From Vulcanimicrobiota bacterium (GTDB lineage Bacteria > Vulcanimicrobiota > Vulcanimicrobiia > Vulcanimicrobiales > Vulcanimicrobiaceae): a DNA stretch of 64,000 nt. Positions 46,560 through 56,438 of the stretch are shown here, one piece after another. The stretch lies in assembly GCA_963833095.1 (NCBI GenBank), contig CAWHWQ010000004.1, forward strand, positions 128,001 through 192,000. Reading direction: 5' to 3'. The position numbers and the translations under genes are program-made. Numbering within the stretch: position 1 is the stretch's first letter; each line of letters starts with the position of its first letter. Under the pieces are notes generated by a model. The model ran no database searches and was not told the DNA's origin. It was given only the letters and a program-made list of their open reading frames with translations.

Positions 46560-47147
46560 CTACGGCCGCCGCGGCCAGGTTCGCATAGCGGCCTCGACGA
46601 TGTCGTGCAGCCACGCCACGTCGGCGCACGCCTTGTGTACAACACCCAGACTCATCGCGACCGCGACATAGTATCGCGCAAGCTGCTGAGCGTCGGTCGT
46701 CGCCGGAATCTGTTTCGTGTCGATTGCATGTTTGATCGCGAGCTCGACGCGCGACTCCATGTTCGAGATGTTGCTCGAAACGGCGGATTCGATTGGAGTC
46801 GTATTCCCGGTACACGCCACGGTCGAATTCGTCATTAGGCAGCCGGCGGGAACGTCGGGGCAACTCATGCGCTCGACGATGGCAAGCAGCATAAGCCGGA
46901 TGCCCTCGCCGACGTCCTCGTGCTCGAGTTGCGCAAGCGGCGGACCGCCGAATGTCTTCTGGTACCGATCCAAGACGGCCAGAAACAAGCCTTCCTTATC
47001 GCCGAACGCGTTGTAGAGGCTCCCGCGCCCCAGCCCGGTGGCGGCTTCAAGCTCAAGAATGGACGTGGCCTCGTAGCCGGCCCGCCAGAAGACCTCGGCG
47101 GCGCGGTCCAAGACCTCGTCCGTTTCAAAATCTTTAGGGCGGCCCAT
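46560..47147 (-). CDS. TetR/AcrR family regulator
   Basis: MGRPKDF...FWRAGYEATS...GSLYNAFGDK; GCLMTN. Confidence 0.92.
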   Translation of the reverse strand: MGRPKDFETDEVLDRAAEVFWRAGYEATSILELEAATGLGRGSLYNAFGDKEGLFLAVLDRYQKTFGGPPLAQLEHEDVGEGIRLMLLAIVERMSCPDVPAGCLMTNSTVACTGNTTPIESAVSSNISNMESRVELAIKHAIDTKQIPATTDAQQLARYYVAVAMSLGVVHKACADVAWLHDIVEAAMRTWPRRP

Positions 47148-47246
47148 GCCTGCTCAGACTCATGCCGTCGTTGGTTCTTGACTGTGCGTTACAAAACCCT
47201 CTATACTCAGCGAACCTCGATCTCCCCCAGCAAAGGCTTGGACATT

Positions 47247-47990
47247 TTGAAGCTCAAGGACAAGGTCGCCCTTATCACCGGCGGCACGACAGGCATGGGC
47301 GCGGCGACGGCGCTACTATTTCAAAAAGAGGGCGCGAAGGTTATCGTAACGGGTTCCAACCCGTCTACACTCAAGGCGGCGCGCGAAGCGATGCCCGGAA
47401 TCGAAGTTGTCGCGTCGGACGCGGCGGATCCCGCTGCCAGCGCAAACCTCATCGGTACGATCAAAGCGAAATACGGACGGATAGATGTGCTGTTCGTCAA
47501 CGCGGGTGTCGCGAAGTTTACGCCGATCGAAGCAGTCGACGAAGCGTTCTTTGACGCACAGTTCGACGTCAATGTGCGCGGCGCGTATTTCACCATCAAG
47601 CACGCGGTCCCGATCATCGCCGACGGCGGCTCAATCATCCTCACCGGTTCGACCGCTGCAACCGGCGGCGCGCCGGGACGAAGCGTCTACGGCGCCACCA
47701 AGGCCGCGCTTCGCGCGTTTGGCCGCAACCTTGCCGCTGAACTCGCGCCGCGAAAGATCCGCGTGAACACCCTGAGCCCCGGGCCGATCGAAACGCCCAT
47801 CATTGGGAAGCTCGGCCTGACGCCTGAGGCGATGGCCGAGTTCGAGAAGACCGTAACGGGAGCTTCCCCGCTCGGCCGTATCGGCCAGACCGAAGAAATC
47901 GCAACGGCCGCGTTGTTCCTGGCTACGGACGCGTCGTCGTACGTCACCGGCGCCGACCTTCCGGTCGACGGCGGCCTGGCCCAGGTCTAA
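47247..47990 (+). CDS. SDR family oxidoreductase
   Basis: TTG start; TGGTTGMG, VNAG, YGATK; promoter TTGACT(47178)-18 nt-TATACT(47202). Confidence 0.9.
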   Translation: MKLKDKVALITGGTTGMGAATALLFQKEGAKVIVTGSNPSTLKAAREAMPGIEVVASDAADPAASANLIGTIKAKYGRIDVLFVNAGVAKFTPIEAVDEAFFDAQFDVNVRGAYFTIKHAVPIIADGGSIILTGSTAATGGAPGRSVYGATKAALRAFGRNLAAELAPRKIRVNTLSPGPIETPIIGKLGLTPEAMAEFEKTVTGASPLGRIGQTEEIATAALFLATDASSYVTGADLPVDGGLAQV

Positions 47991-48917
47991 ATGAATATCG
48001 TGGTGATGGGCGCCGGTGGCCTCGGCGGCTACTTCGGCGCCCGACTAGCGACAGCGGGTAATGTTTTGACGTTCGTTGGGCGCGGAAAGCACCTCTCCGC
48101 GATACAACGGGATGGTCTGCGCGTCGAGAGCGCGGTTGCTCCACTACACGTGCGCGGCGTGCACGCGGTCGAACGCGTGGACGGCCTGCCACCGGCAGAC
48201 ATGGTGATCATTGCGGTCAAGCTTTGGGATACCGAAACGGCTGCGGAGGCTGTTCGGCCGGTTATCGGCGCACAGACCATGGTGGTCTCGTTCCAAAACG
48301 GCGTCGATGCTGCCGATCGGATCGCGAGCATCGTCGGCCGTGATCACGTGATCGGCGGCCTGAGCTATATTGCTGCTGCGATAGGGGAGCCCGGCGTCAT
48401 TCGGCACAGCGGCACGCTGCAACGGCTGGTATTCGGTGAACTCGACGGTCAAACCAGCGCGCGTGTCGAGGCCTTTGCTTCTGCGTGCGCTAGCGCCGGC
48501 ATTGACTATGTGGTCAGCGGCGACATTCAAAAGGCCATCTGGGAGAAGTTCGTCTTCCTCGTCGGCCTAAGCGCGTCGACGTGCCTTTTTCGGCGAAGCA
48601 TCGGTCCCATCCGGTCGCACCCACGCAGCCGCGCATTTCTGCGAGAGGTCATGCGTGAAGTCGTTGACGTGGCGCGTGCGCGAGGGATCGCACTCGACCA
48701 ATCGTTTACCGACGAGCGCCTCGCTTTCATGGATACGCTCCCCGAGGGCATGATTGCCTCGATGTACGGCGACCTTCAACGAGGTAATCGGTTGGAACTT
48801 CCGTGGCTTAGCGGGAAAGTTGGCGAGCTCGGAGCCCAGATGAATGTCCCGACGCCCGCCAATAATTTTGTAACCGACGCGCTCTCGCTGGACGTTGACG
48901 GTCGAATCGACGGATGA
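47991..48917 (+). CDS. panE: 2-dehydropantoate 2-reductase family protein
   Basis: GAGGLGG, AVK, FQNG, WEKF, SMYGD and LEL motifs. Confidence 0.85.
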   Translation: MNIVVMGAGGLGGYFGARLATAGNVLTFVGRGKHLSAIQRDGLRVESAVAPLHVRGVHAVERVDGLPPADMVIIAVKLWDTETAAEAVRPVIGAQTMVVSFQNGVDAADRIASIVGRDHVIGGLSYIAAAIGEPGVIRHSGTLQRLVFGELDGQTSARVEAFASACASAGIDYVVSGDIQKAIWEKFVFLVGLSASTCLFRRSIGPIRSHPRSRAFLREVMREVVDVARARGIALDQSFTDERLAFMDTLPEGMIASMYGDLQRGNRLELPWLSGKVGELGAQMNVPTPANNFVTDALSLDVDGRIDG

Positions 48918-50008
48918 TGCTCGCGCCCAACCTCACGCTTCGCTCAATGACCGTGCGGCCCGTTCGCGTACCGCTTCGAAGACCACTCATGACGGGCGCA
49001 GGCCTCATCGGATCTGCACCGCTGGTCTTGATCGACATTCACACGCACGAAGGGGTGGCCGGTCACGCTTATGTCGTGTGCTACGTAGAACGCCTGCTCG
49101 CGCCTGTCTGCCGCCTTCTGGAAGAGAGTTTTACTCTGATTCAGGGACAGGTCGTTGCCCCTCTCGATATCGCGCAGACCTTCGAACGCGCATACCGTAT
49201 TCCAGGCCTCCGAGGACTCGTCTCCTACGCGCTCTCCGGCATCGACGTCGCCTGTTGGGACGCACTAGCGCGGGGCGCCGGCCTTCCATTGGTACGGCTT
49301 CTTGGTGCCGCATCTCGTACAATCCCAACCTATAATAGCAACGGCCTCAGTGTCGCCGATCCCGGAGCAACTGGCGACGAGGCGCTGGCGCTGCTCGCGG
49401 AAGGATTTGGCGCTGTGAAAGTTCGGCTGGGTTATTCCACGCTGGAGGACGACGTACGAGCCGTTCGTTCGGTCAAGGGCGCAATCGGCGATGGAAACTC
49501 AATCATGTGCGACTACAATCAAGCACTCTGCGTTCCCGATGCAATAGTGCGCGGTAAGGCCCTCGACGCCGAGGGCCTTGAGTGGATCGAAGAGCCCGTC
49601 GCTCACGACGACTACGATGGTTGCGCGCGTGTTGCCGACAGCGTCGCGACACCGATTCAGCTCGGTGAGAATCTCATTGGCTCGCGAGACGTCTTACGGG
49701 CCCTCGAGGCGCATGCGAGCGACTTGCTGATGTTTGACCTCATGCGTATCGGCGGCGTGACGGGCTGGCTGCGGGCGGCGGGTGTTGCGGAAGCCGCCGG
49801 CGTCCAAGTGTCGTCACATCTGTTCCCTGAGGTCAGTGCGCATCTACTGGCAGCGACGCCCACTGCGCACTGGTTGGAGTACGTCGACTGGGCAAATCCA
49901 ATTCTTTTCGAGCCACTTCGCGTCACCGACGGGCGAGTTCAGCCTTCAACGAATCCAGGAACCGGCGTGACTTGGGATGAGGATGCTGTCGAGGCATTCG
50001 CCGTGTAG
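48914..50008 (+). CDS. mandelate racemase/enolase superfamily enzyme
   Basis: GIDVACWD, KVR, metal ligands D(CDYNQ)/E(WIEEP)/E(GEN), SSH. Confidence 0.88.
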   Translation: MMLAPNLTLRSMTVRPVRVPLRRPLMTGAGLIGSAPLVLIDIHTHEGVAGHAYVVCYVERLLAPVCRLLEESFTLIQGQVVAPLDIAQTFERAYRIPGLRGLVSYALSGIDVACWDALARGAGLPLVRLLGAASRTIPTYNSNGLSVADPGATGDEALALLAEGFGAVKVRLGYSTLEDDVRAVRSVKGAIGDGNSIMCDYNQALCVPDAIVRGKALDAEGLEWIEEPVAHDDYDGCARVADSVATPIQLGENLIGSRDVLRALEAHASDLLMFDLMRIGGVTGWLRAAGVAEAAGVQVSSHLFPEVSAHLLAATPTAHWLEYVDWANPILFEPLRVTDGRVQPSTNPGTGVTWDEDAVEAFAV

Positions 50009-50025
50009 CTCACCCGCAATAGACG

Positions 50026-50556
50026 CTAGGCGCGCGATGGACCTATCTTCGCGGCGGTGAACCGCGATATCGTCGTCCACGTCTTGCCACGATCTGCGGA
50101 GATCTGAGTTGTCGCGTTCGCGTGCTTCCCATCTTGCGAAAACACGTGAACGGTACGCAGTATGAGCGTGCTTCCCTTGTAAGGAATATCTGCTGACGTC
50201 GTCCATGTATCCCCATTTATCGTAACGTGTTCTGCAAACGCCCTACGGTCTTTGAAAATTCCTAAACGCCCGTACGTGTGTGCGGCCGCATTATAGCTAA
50301 ATACCGCGAGATCGTTTGCGGGAACGCCGTTGCTCGGGCTGCTGTTGAGATAATCGCAGACCATGAAGCCTCGGTTCGGCGCCCAATTGCAATCACTCGT
50401 ACCGTTGTTCGTGTGAGCGCTGCTGTATGGCGTTTGGTAATCGCGCTCGGTATAGGCCCAGCGCCCTTCTTGCATTCCGAGCTTGTCCATCGGATTCGAT
50501 ACCTGCAAAGGATACTGTGTGGACAGTGCTATAATCGAAATCATGAGCATATGCAT
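50026..50556 (-). CDS. exported beta-barrel-like hypothetical protein (DUF1579-like)
   Basis: G.W N-terminus, CNWAPNRGFMVCD and QISADRGKTW; TG-C-TATCAT 6 nt before ATG. Confidence 0.72.
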   Translation of the reverse strand: MHMLMISIIALSTQYPLQVSNPMDKLGMQEGRWAYTERDYQTPYSSAHTNNGTSDCNWAPNRGFMVCDYLNSSPSNGVPANDLAVFSYNAAAHTYGRLGIFKDRRAFAEHVTINGDTWTTSADIPYKGSTLILRTVHVFSQDGKHANATTQISADRGKTWTTISRFTAAKIGPSRA

Positions 50557-50637
50557 TCGCGGATGATAGCATTGGAAATGTATGACGCGTGACGCCCAAT
50601 CGCTCGCCCGAGTCTTTTTCGCTCTGAGCCGCCGCGT

Positions 50638-51726
50638 TTGGTCGCCGAATTGAAAACGCATGGCGGCGCGCGGTTTCCCGGCTTTTGGACGTTGCAGGCG
50701 ATCGGTTTCGGCTGCTTCGGCATCTCGTCGCTCGTGGCGAATTTTACCCAGCTTGCGAATCTGCAGACGCTGCGCTCGAGCGGCTCGTATTTGCTCTGGA
50801 CGTTTGCGGCGAGCTGCTTGCTGCATTTCGTCTGCCGGTCGCTGTTCCGGCGAGGATTGTCATGGGTCGCCTTGGAGTTGTCCGCCGCTGCCTGGTGTAT
50901 CCCGTTTAGCTTGGTCAGCGGATTTCTCGATGCGCTAACCGCCCACGGATATCCACCCAGTGTGTATGCATGGCTCGTAATCTCCATGCAGATCATGTTC
51001 ATACTCGTTGTGTGGTGCAGCCTGTACTTCAGCATCAAAATGTGGCAGCAATCCACCCAGGAGCGCGAGCGGCTCCTCCGGGCCGAGGCCGAAGCGCGCG
51101 AGGCCAAGCTCAGCGCGCTGCGGTATCAACTCAATCCGCACTTTCTTTTCAACGCGCTCAATGCCGTATCCACACTAGTGTTGGAGGGACATTCACGTGC
51201 TGCCACGCGCATGCTGGCGCAGATCGGCGACCTTCTGCGGACGATCCTCGATGGAGGAACCAAACTCGAGATACCACTCTCCGAAGAGATGGCATTTATC
51301 GAGCAATACCTTTCCATAGAACACACGCGTCTTGGTTCGCGCCTCCGTACCGACGTTTCCATCGCTTCCGAAACGCTCGATGCGCTGGTGCCCAGCATGC
51401 TGCTGCAGCCATTGGTTGAAAATGCCGTTCGCCACGGCGTAGCTCCGCTGATCGAAGGTGGAGACGTCTACGTTGCAAGTCGAATCCAAGACGGCCAGCT
51501 CCACATCACCGTCCGCAACTCAGGGCCCGCAATCCATCCGCTGCAGCAACCGAATGCCCCGGCGGGGATCGGGCTGCGCAACACTGCCGAGCGCCTCGAG
51601 ACGCTGTATTCCGGGCGGCACACCTTTGCGCTCGAATGGCTGCCGCGCGGAGGCTGCCAAGTCGTCATCGAGCTTCCCTTCCGCAGGAACGGGTCCAATC
51701 CGGAGTCACGATCGTGCGCGTCCTGA
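50638..51726 (+). CDS. LytS/YehU-type sensor histidine kinase
   Basis: TM N-terminus; QLNPHFLFNALN, LQPLVENAVRHG and GIGLRN. Confidence 0.92.
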   Translation: MVAELKTHGGARFPGFWTLQAIGFGCFGISSLVANFTQLANLQTLRSSGSYLLWTFAASCLLHFVCRSLFRRGLSWVALELSAAAWCIPFSLVSGFLDALTAHGYPPSVYAWLVISMQIMFILVVWCSLYFSIKMWQQSTQERERLLRAEAEAREAKLSALRYQLNPHFLFNALNAVSTLVLEGHSRAATRMLAQIGDLLRTILDGGTKLEIPLSEEMAFIEQYLSIEHTRLGSRLRTDVSIASETLDALVPSMLLQPLVENAVRHGVAPLIEGGDVYVASRIQDGQLHITVRNSGPAIHPLQQPNAPAGIGLRNTAERLETLYSGRHTFALEWLPRGGCQVVIELPFRRNGSNPESRSCAS

Positions 51727-52475
51727 TTGTCGACGACGAGCCGCTTGCGCGGCGCGGCGTCTCGTTGCGCTTGCAAAGATTTCCCGATATCGAGATCGTC
51801 GGCGAATGCGGCGACGGAAAACAAGCGGTTGAGACCATTCTCGAACTCGCGCCCGACGTGGTCTTTCTCGACATCCAGATGCCGGGCATGGACGGCTTCG
51901 ATGTGCTCGCAGCGCTGCCGCCGCAGAATCTTCCGGCGGTGATCTTTCTTACGGCTTACGAGCAGCACGCGCTGCGCGCATTTGAGGTCCACGCGCTCGA
52001 CTACATCCTCAAGCCCGTGGACGACGAACGCTTTGCTTTTGCCGTTGGTCGTGCACGAAAACTGCTGGACGCCGCGACGAAGACCAAGCTCACCGATCGC
52101 ATCCTTGCCGTGCTCGAAGAACGCGCTAAGCAGTACGCGTCGCATTTCGTCGTCCGAACGGGCGCGCGGCTTCAGGTCGTGCTGGTTGAGGAGACGGAGT
52201 GGATTGCGGCCGCGGGCGACTATACCGAACTACATGCCCGCGGTCGTTCGCATCTTTTACGCGAGAGCATGAACTCGCTTGAGAAAAGGCTGGACCCCGC
52301 GCGCTTTTTAAGAATTCACCGCTCTCGCATCGTCCAAAGCGGCTGCATCACCGAGCTGCGAAGTCTGGATAACGGAGAGTATCTGGTGCAGCTTTCCGAC
52401 GGATCCGAGCACCGCACGAGCCGGACCTACGCCAAGAGGGTCGAGCGTTGGCTGCAGGCTGCAGAGCAGACCTAG
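51714..52475 (+). CDS. LytTR family response regulator
   Basis: VDDEP, FLDIQMPGMDG, LKP and FLRIHRS. Confidence 0.93.
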   Translation: MRVLIVDDEPLARRGVSLRLQRFPDIEIVGECGDGKQAVETILELAPDVVFLDIQMPGMDGFDVLAALPPQNLPAVIFLTAYEQHALRAFEVHALDYILKPVDDERFAFAVGRARKLLDAATKTKLTDRILAVLEERAKQYASHFVVRTGARLQVVLVEETEWIAAAGDYTELHARGRSHLLRESMNSLEKRLDPARFLRIHRSRIVQSGCITELRSLDNGEYLVQLSDGSEHRTSRTYAKRVERWLQAAEQT

Positions 52476-53029
52476 GGACCTGATTTTGTACCGACGCCGG
52501 TCGATACCAGCGTCCAACTCGTGCCCTGGTCTGCGGAAACCTCGAATCGCTTTTGGTATGTTGACGGCGACGTGAACGTGTAGACATCTTTGCATGCGAG
52601 CGTCTTGCCCTTGTACGGGATCTCGAACTGGTCCGTCCAGGTATCACCGTCACGATCCATTTTCTCGAAGAGCGGCTTGTCATCGCGGGTGATTCCCAGA
52701 TGGTGGTAGGCTTGTTCTGAGTTGCTGTAGGTAAACAGGGACAAATTGTTCACGACACTGCCGGCTCGTGGATCGGCGCCATTGCTTTGAAAGTCACAGA
52801 TCATGTAGCTCCGATTCGGCATCCACGAACAAGACGCGCCCCACGAAAGCGAGTAGGCGTGGCTATAGGGTGTTTCCAGGGTCTCGTCGGCGACGGTCCA
52901 GTGGCCTTCAAAAGCATTCAATCGGTCGAGCGCAGCCGCCGAATCAGACGGTGCCGCGCTTGCCGACATCGCGAAGCCGAACGCGAGAGCTGCCGCTGGA
53001 ATGATTGATCGCCAAGTAGTTCGTTTCAT
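52472..53029 (-). CDS. exported hypothetical protein, paralog of 50026..50556
   Basis: AAGGAGG RBS; signal peptide; CSWMPNRSYMICD and EVSADQGTSW. Confidence 0.8.
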   Translation of the reverse strand: MKRTTWRSIIPAAALAFGFAMSASAAPSDSAAALDRLNAFEGHWTVADETLETPYSHAYSLSWGASCSWMPNRSYMICDFQSNGADPRAGSVVNNLSLFTYSNSEQAYHHLGITRDDKPLFEKMDRDGDTWTDQFEIPYKGKTLACKDVYTFTSPSTYQKRFEVSADQGTSWTLVSTGVGTKSGP

Positions 53030-53303
53030 GTTCCCTCCTTTGTCGTGACCGTTGCGCGCACAGTAACACGAATGGGGAATCACATGTAGGGGAGAATCTG
53101 CAGCCGGAGCCTCTCACACGGCGAAGCGAAGGATTTGAACGATAGACTGAACCGGGACCTGAGTTATGTCATCGCCGCGACCTAAATGCGAGCAGGAGCG
53201 CGCTGAGCAGGAGCGCGCTGAGCCGAACCGGCTGCTCCTGACGGAGCCGCCGTCTATCAGACTGATGATTGTAAGCAATCGGGATCGTGTCCGAAAACGG
53301 CGA

Positions 53304-53321
53304 GCTTACACGTATGTAAGC
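53304..53321. promoter_or_regulatory. palindromic operator candidate
   Basis: GCTTACA-CGTA-TGTAAGC just upstream of TACGAT and the 53346 gene; half-site TGTAAGC at 53271. Confidence 0.5.
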
Positions 53322-53345
53322 CATTACGATCATTGAAAAACAGCG

Positions 53346-53912
53346 ATGAGCTTTTCAAGGGGGAATGTGATGACGACGACACTGCAAGAAACGACCCGCT
53401 TCATCGAGGCGCTTGTTACTTCTGAACGCTCGCCGGAGATTCCGGCGACAGAGGACCTTTTCGGCCGCTTTCTCGGTTCCTGGGAGATCGGCGTTTTCGA
53501 CCATCAGAGGGACGGAACTGTTCGCGAGAGCATCGGGGAAGTGCATTTCAGCCGTGTTCTTGAAGGCCGCGCGATGCAGCTCGTGTGGGCGATTCCACGG
53601 CGTTCGGAGCGCAGTGCGAACATGCCGAAAACAGGAAACCGGTACGGCACGACGCTGTGCGTGTGGGACCCGCAGATCACTGCGTGGCACGTAACATGGC
53701 TCAATCCCGTTAGCGGCGTGCGAACCGAGTTGACGGCGCGTGCGAACGACGACTGCATAGTGCAGATCGGGCGACACGCGGACGGGACGCCGGTTCGGTG
53801 GAATTTTAGTGAGATCACGGAACGCTCGTTTCGGTGGACGGGAGAAGCGCTCGAGGCCGACGGAAAATCATGGCGCCTGGAGGTAGAGTTTCGCGCCACG
53901 CGCGTCGAGTGA
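53346..53912 (+). CDS. conserved hypothetical protein (beta-barrel-like)
   Basis: FGRFLGSW, RVLEGRA, YGTT, WNFSEIT..F.W and DGKSWRL; start may be 53370. Confidence 0.75.
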   Translation: MSFSRGNVMTTTLQETTRFIEALVTSERSPEIPATEDLFGRFLGSWEIGVFDHQRDGTVRESIGEVHFSRVLEGRAMQLVWAIPRRSERSANMPKTGNRYGTTLCVWDPQITAWHVTWLNPVSGVRTELTARANDDCIVQIGRHADGTPVRWNFSEITERSFRWTGEALEADGKSWRLEVEFRATRVE

Positions 53913-54008
53913 GCGCGACGCAACGACGTTTCAGCGCCGTGTCTGGAGCGCGCTTCGGCGCATCCGAAGCGGCCGAACACTATCCGCGGATCGGCAGCGC
54001 ATTCTGCC

Positions 54009-55451
54009 ATGATGCTTGATTCCACGGCGTGCTACCGCGCGCTTCGCGCGCGCGACCCACGCTTTGACGGGCGATTTTTCGTCGCGGTGAGCTCTACGCG
54101 TGTCTATTGCCGTCCTATCTGCACGGTCAAGACACCGAAGCGCGAGAATTGCAAATTCTACGCGAGCGCGGCGGCGGCTGAAGCGAACGGCTATCGTCCG
54201 TGTCTGCGATGCCGGCCGGAGCTTGCGCCGGGCAGCGCGAGCGTAGACGCCGGTTCGCGCCTGGCGTGGGCCGCGGCAAGCGCAATCGGCGACGGCATCC
54301 TCGAGAGCGGCAGCCTTGCAGACCTAGCCGCCGCGCTGCGGACGACCGATCGCCATTTGCGGCGCGCGTTCAGTGCGCGGTTCGGCGTTTCGCCGATCGC
54401 CTATGCTCAGACACAGCGGCTGCTGCTCGCGAAGCGCTTGTTGACCGACACGAGCTTGAGCGTGACACAGGTCGCGTACGCGAGCGGCTTCGGTAGTTTG
54501 CGGCGCTTCAACGCACTTTTCAAGGAACGGTATCGACTCAATCCCGTAGAGCTTCGGATGCGCGCGCAAACGGCTTCTCCCGAGTCACCGTTCGACGCAA
54601 TGACGTTCTCCCTCGCGTTTCGTCCGCCGTACGACTGGTCGCCGCTGCTCGCGTTCGTTGCCGCGCGCGCGATTGGCAGTGTGGAAGAGATCGACAACGG
54701 TGTTTACCGACGCGCCGTCCGCGTGGAGCGTGGCGGCACGGTCTGTTCAGGGTGGATAAGCGTGAGCCATGCCGCGGGCGTATCTGCATTGCGCGTCATT
54801 GTCTCGGACTCGCTCCTCAACGTGATCTCGTCCGTGCTGGCGCGCGTCGAGCACGCAATGGATCTCGCCGCCGATCCGCAAGAGATCGCCGCGGTACTCG
54901 GACCGATCGCGTCGCAGCATCCAGGATTGCGCGTACCAGGCGCGTTCGACGGCTTCGAAGTTGCCGTGCGCGCGGTCCTCGGCCAACAGATCTCGGTCAA
55001 GGGCGCGCGTACGATCGCCGGACGTTTTGCGGCCGAATTCGGCGCACCGATCGCTACGCCGTTCGCTGGCGTATCGCGGCTCTTTCCGCGCGCCGCGGAC
55101 ATCGCCGCTATTGACCCGGATCGGATCGCGTCGCTCGGAATCATCGGCTCGCGTGCGCAGACGATCGTCCGGCTCGCACGCGCCATTGCGGACGGCGAAC
55201 TCGATCTGCATCCTGGCTCCGATGTGCCGGCGACGCTTCATGCGCTGCGTGCGCTCCCTGGAATCGGCGAGTGGACCGCGCAGTACATCGTGATGCGCGC
55301 AGTCGGCTGGCCAGACGCCTTTCCCCACAGCGATCTGGGCTTGCGAAAGGCGCTGCGCGAAGACGATCCCAAGCAAGTGCTTCTCGCAGGCGAGGCCTGG
55401 CGGCCGTGGCGCGCCTATGCAGCAATGCACCTCTGGCAAACACTAGGATAG
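54009..55451 (+). CDS. alkA: Ada/AlkA: Zn-binding Ada domain + AraC HTH + 3-methyladenine DNA glycosylase II
   Basis: YCRPIC..RPCLRC; GQQISV; HhH LPGIGEWTA; AFPHSD; WRPWRAYA. Confidence 0.92.
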   Translation: MMLDSTACYRALRARDPRFDGRFFVAVSSTRVYCRPICTVKTPKRENCKFYASAAAAEANGYRPCLRCRPELAPGSASVDAGSRLAWAAASAIGDGILESGSLADLAAALRTTDRHLRRAFSARFGVSPIAYAQTQRLLLAKRLLTDTSLSVTQVAYASGFGSLRRFNALFKERYRLNPVELRMRAQTASPESPFDAMTFSLAFRPPYDWSPLLAFVAARAIGSVEEIDNGVYRRAVRVERGGTVCSGWISVSHAAGVSALRVIVSDSLLNVISSVLARVEHAMDLAADPQEIAAVLGPIASQHPGLRVPGAFDGFEVAVRAVLGQQISVKGARTIAGRFAAEFGAPIATPFAGVSRLFPRAADIAAIDPDRIASLGIIGSRAQTIVRLARAIADGELDLHPGSDVPATLHALRALPGIGEWTAQYIVMRAVGWPDAFPHSDLGLRKALREDDPKQVLLAGEAWRPWRAYAAMHLWQTLG

Positions 55452-55456
55452 TCGAG

Positions 55457-56326
55457 TCACCGAACCGAGGTGAAGCTGTTGCTCTTGCGCCAGTGCGACG
55501 GCGAGCTCCCGTAACGTAGCGAAAATGCGCGGCTAAATGCCGGGTTGGAGCCGTAGCCTACGCGAGTGGCTATTTCTGCGATCGAAATCCCAGGATTACG
55601 AAGCAGTTCGGTTGCTCGGTCGAGGCGCCACGCGTTCAGGTAAGCCATCGGTGTTGCGCCGACGAGCGATTGAAACCGGTTCGCGAACGCCGTTCGAGAC
55701 ATCGGCGCCGTCTTAGCGAGTTTCGCAAGGGTCCAATCGACAGCAAAATTCTCGTGCATCGCGGCGAGGACTTTTCCAATCCGCTCGTCTACCGCTCCGG
55801 CAAGCCAGCCCGTTGTCGGCGGGCCTTCGCTCGCCCAAGTGCGGAGAGTTCGAACGAACAGAAGGTCGAGTAGGCGTGAAATCATCGACGCGGCACCCGC
55901 AAGGCCATTCATCGCTTCTTCCAGCATGAAGGCGCAGCAGACATCAACCCAAGGAAACGGCTTCCCGTCGGGCGGTCTGAGTGCGATCGCTTTCGGCAAC
56001 ACACTTAGAATGCGCGCGGCAACGATGGAGTCAAATTCAAATTCACCGCGCAGATACTCGGCATCCGACCCTGAGACGGCGTGGCTGCCGCCGCCAAGAG
56101 ACAAGAGTACATCACCCGCACGTAGGTGTTCGGCCATCTTCGATCCACTAACCGAAATCTGCAAGGCGCCCCGGCGCACGATGTAGATGCAAGGTCCGTC
56201 GCCTTCGAAGCGCGTCTTTTGTTTACCGGTCGAGCCGGATTGCACGCAAGTACCGCGCAAACGCAGCAGGTCGAGGACCTGCGAGAGCGCATCTTGATGG
56301 ATTGGAAAAATTGGCGCAGTAAACAC
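55457..56326 (-). CDS. AraC family regulator (cupin_6 type)
   Basis: DALSQVL..LRL; WTLAKLA..MSRTAFA; VGYGSNPAFSRAF; start uncertain. Confidence 0.88.
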   Translation of the reverse strand: MFTAPIFPIHQDALSQVLDLLRLRGTCVQSGSTGKQKTRFEGDGPCIYIVRRGALQISVSGSKMAEHLRAGDVLLSLGGGSHAVSGSDAEYLRGEFEFDSIVAARILSVLPKAIALRPPDGKPFPWVDVCCAFMLEEAMNGLAGAASMISRLLDLLFVRTLRTWASEGPPTTGWLAGAVDERIGKVLAAMHENFAVDWTLAKLAKTAPMSRTAFANRFQSLVGATPMAYLNAWRLDRATELLRNPGISIAEIATRVGYGSNPAFSRAFSLRYGSSPSHWRKSNSFTSVR

Positions 56327-56438
56327 GGCCCGAGACTCCTCAGCGTGTACGACAAGTACAATATTGCGGTAAATTATTGATTCATGGTACTGACTTAGAT
56401 GATATGCTTGCCAAAACCATTTTTTTGGGAGAGCGCAT

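Noticed and set aside
53121..53155. LytTR direct-repeat site
   Set aside because: GTTC-like cores are present but the match and spacing are too weak to call
53190..53223. 15-bp tandem repeat GAGCAGGAGCGCGCT x2
   Set aside because: Only two copies; simple slippage duplication with no functional evidence
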